This document shows positions 11,159-19,043 of a stretch of 64,000 nucleotides of DNA, in pieces (the stretch's first letter is position 1; each line of letters starts with the position of its first letter). Made by a program: the position numbers and the translations under genes. Under the pieces are notes generated by a model, which searched no databases, was not told the DNA's origin, and worked only from the letters and a program-made list of their open reading frames with translations. The stretch lies in NCBI GenBank assembly GCA_963731595.1, contig CAVSWE010000003.1:44948-108947 (forward strand), in the 5' to 3' direction. This stretch comes from an uncultured delta proteobacterium. Its GTDB lineage: Bacteria; Myxococcota_A; Polyangia; Polyangiales; Polyangiaceae.

Positions 11159-11713
11159 ATGCAGATCCATCGCTTGATTTGTTTCACGCTTGCCAGCGCA
11201 TGCGGCGGCACCGTCACCGGAAACGACGCCGAAGCGCCGGACGCCGTAGCGGACGTCGTCACTGAATCCGCAATGGATGCTGCGTTCGACGCGCCACCAG
11301 ATTCACAAACGGACGGGGGCGCGTGTAACACGCTCATCAATGGTGCGACGCCCCTGTACGCCATGCAAAAGTCGAGCAGCGCACCGAGCCCGCTCGGTGG
11401 AACGGTGGTGCCCGGCCTCTACTATCTCACGGCAATAAACCAATACGATGGCAAAGCCGGGCAGACGGGGCCGCTCACTCAGAGCACCATTCAAATCACC
11501 GGGACGAATGCCGAATTCGCGGAGCAGGTTGGTACCGCGTTGTCGCGTGGCTCAGTCATGTTCAGTACGAGCGGCACCACTTTCACATTCAACATGACAT
11601 GCCCACAGATTACATCTTATGCGACGGAATATACAGCTACTGCAACCGCGCTCATCTATTATTCCGACCTCGGTCAAGGCAACGTGGCCGAGCAAATATT
11701 CACGCGGCAGTGA
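11159..11713 (+). CDS. Lipoprotein, unknown function (Thr/Ser-rich)
   Basis: Signal plus lipobox 'LICFTLASACGG'. No known motif. Confidence 0.5.
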   Translation: MQIHRLICFTLASACGGTVTGNDAEAPDAVADVVTESAMDAAFDAPPDSQTDGGACNTLINGATPLYAMQKSSSAPSPLGGTVVPGLYYLTAINQYDGKAGQTGPLTQSTIQITGTNAEFAEQVGTALSRGSVMFSTSGTTFTFNMTCPQITSYATEYTATATALIYYSDLGQGNVAEQIFTRQ

Positions 11714-11805
11714 CTCTGGAAACAATTTTCGTCAGACGTGTGATTGATGTTGGAGTTTTCTCTCGAGCCCCCGAGCGGCGCAAGGGTGCGCCGCGCGCTC
11801 GGGTG

Positions 11806-11841
11806 CCGAGGTCGGCGAGAGAAAGTCCTCGCCGACCTCGG
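11806..11841. terminator. Perfect 14-bp GC-rich inverted repeat (hairpin) between the convergent lipoprotein operon and IS630
   Basis: 'CCGAGGTCGGCGAG-agaaagtc-CTCGCCGACCTCGG'. No downstream T-tract, so it could equally be an IS630 terminal structure. Confidence 0.35.
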
Positions 11842-11861
11842 CACGATGTGCATCGGCCACC

Positions 11862-12965
11862 CTAGTGCACCGCCGTCGAGATGCGATCAAGCATCCGGCG
11901 GTGTGAGCGGATGATTGCGGCTGCGGGTTTGGTCCACTCGAAGGGCGTTGGGTTTGAGTTCCACGACCGCATGAACGCGTGCAAGTGATCCCGCAAGGCG
12001 CTCTTGGAATCGAAGCTTGTGACTCCGAGAGACTGCTTGCCGAGAATCCCGAAGAAGCCCTCGACCTGATTGAGCCAAGAGGCGCTGGTCGGCGTGTAGT
12101 GGAAGTGCACCTCGGGATGCTCGGTGAGCCACGCCTCGATGGCGGGCGTGCTGTGCGTGGACGAGTTGTCGAGAATCACGTGCAGCTCCTGCTTCGGATA
12201 GACGCCGACGACCTTCTTCATGAAGCCCAGGAAGTCACTCGCGGTGTGCGCGTCGGTCAGCTTGTGCGTCACCTTGCCCGTTGCCACTTCGAGCGCTGCA
12301 TAGAGATCGATGACGCCGTGTCGCTTGTAGTCGTGCGTATGTCGAACGGCGCGTCCCGTGCGTAAGGGAAGCGGCATCTGCGTGCGCTGCAGGGCTTGAA
12401 TGGAGGTCTTTTCGTCGACGCTCAGACACGACGGCATTGTCGGGCGGGTTCAAGTACAGGCCCACTACGTCCTTCACTTTTGCGGTGAATTCCGGATCTC
12501 GGCTGACTTTGTACGTTCGCACCAGATGTGGCTTGAGCCCGTTCTCTCGAAGCAGATCGGAGATGCACCCGCTGGTGAGACCGACCTTCTTGCCGAGCAG
12601 CCTGGTGGTCCAGCGGCTTCGGCCAGCAGGCGGAGGCGACATCGCAAGTTGGACGACTCGCTCGACCGTCTCGCGCGGCACCGCGTGGTCCTGACGCCCT
12701 GACTTCGGGCGAGCGGTGAGACCCGGTACGCCCTCGTCGTAGAAGCGTCGCGAAGCTTCGACACGTGTTCTGGCGACAGATCCAACCGGACGGCGATCTC
12801 GGCTCCCGACACGCCGGCGTCGGTCAACAGAATCACGCGAGCCCGCCGGACGAGCCCCGCTCTTTCGGACGAGCGAGCGACGATCGCCTCCAGTTCTTCA
12901 CGCTGCTTGCCGGTGAGCTTGATCTCGATGACTTCTGCCATGCCGCAGCGAACGCGCGGCGGCAA
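11862..12965 (-). pseudogene. IS630-family (Tc1/mariner-like) transposase split over three frames
   Basis: N-terminal HTH ORF 12474..12965. Middle ORF 12235..12681 ('RWTTRLLGKKVGLTSGCISDLLRENGLKPH'). DDE C-terminus ORF 11862..12437 ('VILDNSSTHSTPAIEAWL...HFHYTPTSASWLNQVEGFF'). Two frame changes. Confidence 0.7.
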
Positions 12966-13391
12966 CGGTTAATTCCAGATGGACGGCGCTGCACTAGTCC
13001 GCGATTCCGCTACGATCGCACGTGGTGCTCTTGAACGTCTCGTCGACGGCTCTTCGCGGGCGGGTTTTTCCGCGGGCCCCATTGGAGCGCCTGTTCCCTA
13101 CGCGTATCGGCTCGCTGCGCTTGTGCCCTCACGTCCGGCCTGTTGAGCGTCGGCGTGCCACGTATTGCGCGGGAGGCGCTCGAATCGTCGTTGCTACGTC
13201 AACCTGTACCACCGCTCGGACGTCGTGCAAGATCAACTTCGATGGAACTTGACCGCCTTGAGCGCATTCGCGTGCACGCCGATCTCGATCGGTTCCGCAA
13301 CGCCGTGAGAAACACGTTCGACGGCTACCTGAGCACGTCGCTCCTTTTGACCTGACACTCGGAATTTGGCCCACCGATTACGTGTCTGCTT

Positions 13392-13583
13392 ATGGAGGCA
13401 TGTATGTCGAGGAAGAGCAAGTTCTCGGAGGCTGAAATCATCGGAGCACTGAAGGAGATCGAGGGCGGCGCGACGATGAAAGAGACGGCGCGCAAGTACG
13501 GAGTCAGCGGCGAAACGATGTCGCGGTGGCGAGCGAAGTACGGCGGAGTGACCGTCACGAAAGCATCACTTCGGCGATCTTGA
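13392..13583 (+). pseudogene. IS3-family OrfA N-terminal stub
   Basis: 'SRKSKFSEAEIIGALKEIEGGATMKETARKYGVSGETMSRWRAKYGG', then immediate termination. No leucine zipper and no orfB. Confidence 0.5.
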
Positions 13584-13907
13584 TGAGCGCGCGGATCTCG
13601 TCGCCCTGAACGCCAGGCATGTGGCGCAAGAACCGATGCATCAGCTCGGCCGAATGCGTGCACTTCACGCGCTCCGCGAGCGCCCACGCCGGCTCACCCG
13701 CCCCTTCCTCGAGCTCGGGCATCTCGAGCGTCTTGCGCACCTCCTCGGGCAGCGACTTCGAGTTGCGCTGAAGGCGCAGAAGGATCCCGCCGCGCACGAG
13801 CAGGCGCAGCGTCCACAGCGTGGCCGACGAGACTCTGCGAGCGGCCGCCGCTTGCGTCTGCGAGACCGGCGCCGCCGGTTCGCTCTGCTTCTGCGCTTGT
13901 TCCATGA

Positions 13908-15323
13908 TCAGCTCGATGAGGACGCCAGCTCGCGCAGGCGTCGAAGCAAGAGGACGAGCCCGAAGGTGTCGCGCTCGCAGTACGCGAGCAACGCGTCGCG
14001 CTCGGTTTCCGTCGCGGCGCCCGAGAGCACGCGCTCGAGCGTGACGGTGGCCGCGAAGCCGTCGGCGATGGCGAGGTTGTCGTAGTTTGCAGTCGTGAGC
14101 GCCGGAAGCATACGCTTCAGACCGAACGAGCCGCCGAACGCAGGGTCGTAGACGTGATTGCGAACGACCGGCAGGAGATCGACGACGCGATCGCGCACAG
14201 AGAGGAGGTCGGTCGCGAGATCCGGAAGCGCGGCTGCAAGGTCCGCGAGCACGCGCCGCTCGAAGCCCGCGTTGTAGACCGCGATCGACTGCGCGCCCGC
14301 GCATGCCGCGATGACGGCGTTCGCGACTCCGCGTCGCGGGTCGCTCGAGTCGCTCGCGATCCACGCGTGATGCGCGCCGCCGTCGCGGTGCACGCTCACC
14401 TGCACCGGAACCGCCTGATACGGCGAGCACCCGTCCCACGTCGGGACGGGAAGGCTCACCGTCTCGAAGTCGAGGAACGCGACGGGCGGCGTGAACGCCG
14501 CGAGCGCGCCCGCGAGATCGCCCTCCACGACGAGCGCGCCGCTCTGCACCGCGCGGCGCTGACGCTCCGCGATCCCCTCGAGCGGCTCGTCGATGTCGCC
14601 GATGACCTTGATGCCTTCCTCGAGCAGCCGCGCCGCGAGCTCGCGCCCGCGGTAGAGCGTCGTCACGTGGTCGGCGGACACGGGCCCGAAGCACCGCTCC
14701 TGAAACGGACACGGATACGGCGACTCGCAGTGCCGCCCGCGCACCGCGTCGGGCATCAGGTCGCGCTCGAGCACGCGGAGCTGCTTCCGGATCGCGCGCG
14801 AGAGCTTGGGCGCGAGCGTCGCGACGTCGGCCGTCACGTCCTTGCGCACGAACAGATCGCGCAGGTTCGGATAGGTGCAAGAGGAGTTGAGGTGCATGAT
14901 CTCGACCCTCCGCACGAGCAGCCCCGAGTGTGCGATCACGTGCGCTTGCACGGCCGCGTCGGTCAGGTGCTGCTCTTTCACGCTCGTCGTGGACTTCACC
15001 TCGATGATTCGCCATCCGCCGCGCTCGCGCACGAGCACGTCGGCCGCAACGAACACGTCGTCCGCGACGAAGGAGGCTTCGTAGATGACGGACGCACCGG
15101 CAGCGAGGGCCTGACGCGTCGCCTCGACGCGGTGCTCGTCGTTCGCGATCAGAACGCCGCCCGGAAACTCCTCACGCGCTCGCTCGCCGATGCGGTGTCC
15201 TTGATCGAAGACGGCCTGAAGGCTCGCATCCACGACGAGCTCCGGGGCGTCCGGCTCGTGAACGCGAAGCCAGAGCGCGCGATGGCACTGGAGGCCCACT
15301 TGGAAGCGCGACTTGGAGAGCAT
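13908..15323 (-). CDS. DUF2779-domain protein (predicted nuclease-like)
   Basis: N-terminus 'MLSKSRFQVGLQCHRALWL' is the typical DUF2779 start. 471 aa in one frame. Confidence 0.65.
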   Translation of the reverse strand: MLSKSRFQVGLQCHRALWLRVHEPDAPELVVDASLQAVFDQGHRIGERAREEFPGGVLIANDEHRVEATRQALAAGASVIYEASFVADDVFVAADVLVRERGGWRIIEVKSTTSVKEQHLTDAAVQAHVIAHSGLLVRRVEIMHLNSSCTYPNLRDLFVRKDVTADVATLAPKLSRAIRKQLRVLERDLMPDAVRGRHCESPYPCPFQERCFGPVSADHVTTLYRGRELAARLLEEGIKVIGDIDEPLEGIAERQRRAVQSGALVVEGDLAGALAAFTPPVAFLDFETVSLPVPTWDGCSPYQAVPVQVSVHRDGGAHHAWIASDSSDPRRGVANAVIAACAGAQSIAVYNAGFERRVLADLAAALPDLATDLLSVRDRVVDLLPVVRNHVYDPAFGGSFGLKRMLPALTTANYDNLAIADGFAATVTLERVLSGAATETERDALLAYCERDTFGLVLLLRRLRELASSSS

Positions 15324-15408
15324 CGAGCTTCAACATACGGCCGGGGTGCGAAGAAACGGTTCGCACCTGTTGCCAAGAGGGAATGCCTCGCGTGCGCCGC
15401 GAGGTAAC

Positions 15409-16176
15409 ATGTGCAGCTCAATGCAACTCCCTCTGAAACCTTTCCATGTCGGGGAAGCGCTCGTCGCGAAGCTGATGAAGCGGATCGGACCTGGCGCGCT
15501 GGCGGGAATCACAACCGGAACAAGCTTGCCGCCGACCGGCGATTTTGATGTTCGCGATGATGTGGCGCTCTGCGAGATCACTGCTATTGATGCCCTTTTT
15601 CCGCATATCGCGACCTGCTACAGCAGCGCCCCAGGCCATACGGGAACGCCAGGTTCGTACAAATTCGATGCTCAGAGTCGCATCGATGTGATCACCAAGC
15701 ATGACGCCGCCGTCGGCCGCGTTGCCCTTGCTTGGGAGGTCAAGCTCGGAGACACATGCAAAACGTGGTCATCGTTCAAGAACGCGTTTCTCAACGCGGG
15801 CACGGACTTCAACAAGAAGTCTCAACCAGCTGGTAAACCTCGGCAGATCCTTCCAATCATTTCGGGCAGCATGCCGATCATTCTGCGAGACTACGTTCAG
15901 AGCATCGGAGTCTTCAGCGGCGCCAAACCGAGTGATGAGCTTCGCTGCACGTGGAACAGCACCAGTGTGCCGTTGATTCGTGGCTGGGGCCTGGTGGCCC
16001 GGCAAGCGCTGGTGGACGACCTCCTCAAAAAGAAAACGCCTCGAACCCAAGGCCTGCATTACATGATCTCGTTCAAGAAACTCGCGGAAGAAGCGGGCCG
16101 AAACGGTTTCGACGACACAGTATGGGATCTTCTTGGGCTGAGCCGAATCAGCTTCTACGATCAATGGATCAAGTGA
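15409..16176 (+). CDS. Hypothetical protein in the low-GC island; possible PD-(D/E)xK nuclease-like core
   Basis: RBS 'GAGGT' 5 nt before the ATG. GC about 55 percent. 'IDVITKHDAAVGRVALAWEVKLGD' gives a D...ExK arrangement. No confident family assignment. Confidence 0.4.
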   Translation: MCSSMQLPLKPFHVGEALVAKLMKRIGPGALAGITTGTSLPPTGDFDVRDDVALCEITAIDALFPHIATCYSSAPGHTGTPGSYKFDAQSRIDVITKHDAAVGRVALAWEVKLGDTCKTWSSFKNAFLNAGTDFNKKSQPAGKPRQILPIISGSMPIILRDYVQSIGVFSGAKPSDELRCTWNSTSVPLIRGWGLVARQALVDDLLKKKTPRTQGLHYMISFKKLAEEAGRNGFDDTVWDLLGLSRISFYDQWIK

Positions 16177-17099
16177 GTCGGGCAACGCAGCGACTGCTTG
16201 CAAGATACGTCCTACAGCGCGTCGAGGCCCGTCTTCGTTCGAAGACGAACGACGTCAGCGTTATCGGCCTTGGCGCAGCCTTCGAGGCATGGCTCGCATT
16301 CGAGGCTCGGTTGGCGCTTGAGGGCGACCATCGAGGTCTGCGACGCGCCGCCGGCGTTCAAGGGGGCGCCCCCATCTCGACGATCAACGAATGGAAGAAG
16401 GTGGACCTCAGCGTGTGGTCCGCCGTCGAGCCTATCGCCTGGCGCTCGAATCCAAACTCGTTCACAACAACAAGAACTGGCGTACGAAGTGCGACGACAT
16501 CTGTAACGATCTCTACCCGAAAGGGCCAAAGCAGCGCTTGGCTTGGAGGCTCGGTCGCCGGTGATTGTTGGCCTAGTGTGGAAGCGTTTCACCATGAGAG
16601 ACAACGCAACATATCCCGGCGAAGTGATGCTTCCTTTTATGAGTGGCACCGTCAGGTGTTTGAACACCTCAACGAATCATCGCGTTGTTCGAGTCGCGCA
16701 GTCGGCTCGCCTAACGTTTGCAGCGCTGCCCCGATGGTTCGATCAAAAGGCTCCGCATGGCATGACGCTCGTTGCGACCATGCCCACCAGAGGTGCGTTG
16801 CGAAACATCTTCCCGTAAGCATCGATCGCTCGCCACGGCTAGCGACCGGCCTGAAGTTACAAGGCATCCCGGCTGGTAGTCGGCACACGCGATGCGACGG
16901 TATCCGGGCGTGCCACACTTCACATGCTGCGGGATCCACCAAATCTTGCGACACATTCCAAGAGCTAGTTAGGTTAACGTTATAACCGCGTACTCTGTCG
17001 AGGATGAATAATGCCTAATATTCCGTGGTTGACCGAGGAACAGCGTGCGAGCGTGGATGCTCGGATCCAAGTAATCGAACGAGAATTGCCTAAGCGCCA

Positions 17100-17420
17100 T
17101 TGGGCAGAGTTAACGAGCGTTCTGACCTTGCACATGGGCAGACCGCAGTAATATATATATTGGATTATCGCGGATTGACGTTGCGCGGCGCGATCCGATA
17201 CGCTCTTAGGGACGCTAGCACGAGGCTTCTCTACCGAGGGCAAACACGCCGATACAAAACCGGGTTCGTTCCTGGCCTTTTTCGAGAAGCCAATGATCGC
17301 GCGGAAAAAGAGCGCCGTCTTAGCACTCTTCGCAAGGCGATTGATTGCATCAGGAACACCTGGGATCGCAGGGCGCTTCCGACGATGAGCGCGTTGCGCT
17401 TGCGCAACATTATGGCTTGA
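17100..17420 (+). pseudogene. FRG-domain-like remnant (abortive-infection-type), frames broken
   Basis: 'LLYRGQTRRYKTGFVPGLFR' resembles the FRG motif. A QHYGL-like continuation ('HYGLKTP') appears only in a different frame after the stop. About 53 percent GC. Confidence 0.3.
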
Positions 17421-18089
17421 AAACGCCGTCACCCATTATGTTCAAACCGCTGCTTGGTTTCGTACAACGATCTCGCTGGACCACCTCGTTTCACTACTGA
17501 CACGACAAGCAAGGTGCCGACGCCAAACGGATTAATGACGATCTTGTGGACGTATTTCCCTAATGGCGGCGCCGACCAGCACCAATGACGACTGCAAGTG
17601 CGTGGACCTACGATTAAGGGATTGAACTGGCTACGCTCCGGATGTCCAGCAAGGCTTCGCGATCCTGCTGGCAGATCCACTTCGTTCTGGTGGAAGACTC
17701 GATGAACTACTCGTTGCAACGTTTGTTTTTGCGACCTCTCCTGAGGGGGTGGTTTTCCCATGACGATCTTGGGCCAGAGATCTTCTACTCGAACCTGCTG
17801 GAAGACGAGGGATCTGTATTGGGATCTTGCGACGACGAAACTGAAAAATGAGTTGGTACAATCGGAATATCAACAGGTCGTATGGTGTGCTGCGAAAAGT
17901 GAGTAAGCCGTATACACACGAAAAGGCGGCGCCGCTCATGGCCGTGCTGAGTTTTCACAGAAACGCGCTCGGATCGCCGGTGGCGATTCTGACTCGCACA
18001 GCATTCTGCAACGGCTTCGACTTGCATTCGAAAGGCCGAACTGTCGAAAACACACGCGCACCACTCACGGATCTTCGCAAGCGCACGAG

Positions 18090-19043
18090 ATGACGTGTAC
18101 CGTCAGCGCGAGCAGATTCACACCTCGTTGTTCTGACGTCAGAGCCTGGCGGCTGCTCCACGTGATGGTCTTGAGCGAGGCCCTTCCACTGGCGGAACGC
18201 GCTCATCCGCCTTCGCTCTCGACGGACACGGGTCGCACCTCATGGGATCCTCAGAGCGACCTGTGGCGAAGAAGCGAAGAGGACGACCGCCTTCTTGTTA
18301 CGAGTGAGTCGGTCAAGCACCGGCGAAGCCTCGCGAACGACGCGCTCCGCCAGCTCCTTCGCGACGAGGAAGTCGACCCGGACGCGCCCGCGCGCCGCAA
18401 CGCGCGCGAGGAAGAGGCGCTCGAGCGTCCGATGCGACTCGACGAGCAGCGCATCGGCGCCGTCGTCGCCGCGCTGAAGGCGTGCGGCGCGAAGTCGGTC
18501 GTCGACCTCGGCTGCGGAGAGGGCAAGCTCGTTCGTGCGCTCGTGAAGGAAGCGTCGTTCGAGCGCATCGTCGGTGTCGACGTCGCGCACCGCGCGCTCG
18601 AGCGCGCCGCCGAGCGCCTTCACATGGACTCGATGCCGGAGCGCCAGCGCTCGCGCGTCGCGCTTCTTCACGGCAGCATTCTCTATCGCGACCAGCGCAT
18701 CGCCGGCTTCGACGCCGCCGCGCTGGTCGAGGTCATCGAGCATCTCGACCCGCCTCGGCTTCACGCGTTCGAGCGCGTCGTGTTCGAGTTCGCGCGCCCT
18801 CGGACGGTCGTGCTGACGACGCCGAACGCCGAGTACAACGTGCACTTCGCCGGGCTCGAAGCGGGGAAGCTCCGTCACAAGGACCACCGCTTCGAGTGGA
18901 CGCGCGCCGAGCTCGAGGCGTGGGCGCGCACCGTCGCCGAGCGTCACCGGTACGCCGTGCGTTTCCTCGGCGTCGGCAGCGACGACCCCGTGACGGGTCC
19001 GCCGACGCAGATGGCGATCTTCGATCGAGTGGAGGCGATGTGA
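18090..19043 (+). CDS. hen1: Hen1 RNA 3'-terminal 2'-O-methyltransferase, methyltransferase domain only (N-terminal Pnkp-interacting domain apparently absent)
   Basis: SAM motif I 'VVDLGCGEGKL'. 'VGVDVAHRALERA...LLHGSILYRD...ALVEVIEHLDPPRL...FEWTRAELEAWA' matches bacterial Hen1 C-terminal MTase. Only about 135 aa precede motif I, and the first about 70 codons lie in lower-GC sequence that looks non-coding. Stop overlaps the pnkp GTG start (ATGTGA). Confidence 0.75.
   Translation: MTCTVSASRFTPRCSDVRAWRLLHVMVLSEALPLAERAHPPSLSTDTGRTSWDPQSDLWRRSEEDDRLLVTSESVKHRRSLANDALRQLLRDEEVDPDAPARRNAREEEALERPMRLDEQRIGAVVAALKACGAKSVVDLGCGEGKLVRALVKEASFERIVGVDVAHRALERAAERLHMDSMPERQRSRVALLHGSILYRDQRIAGFDAAALVEVIEHLDPPRLHAFERVVFEFARPRTVVLTTPNAEYNVHFAGLEAGKLRHKDHRFEWTRAELEAWARTVAERHRYAVRFLGVGSDDPVTGPPTQMAIFDRVEAM

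Noticed and set aside
15951-16985. 344-aa ORF in the low-GC island
   Set aside because: The first 75 aa overlap the better-supported 15409..16176 gene. After about 16440 the composition turns Ser/Arg/Cys-rich while another frame looks coding. It is probably a broken or short gene rather than one 344-aa protein.
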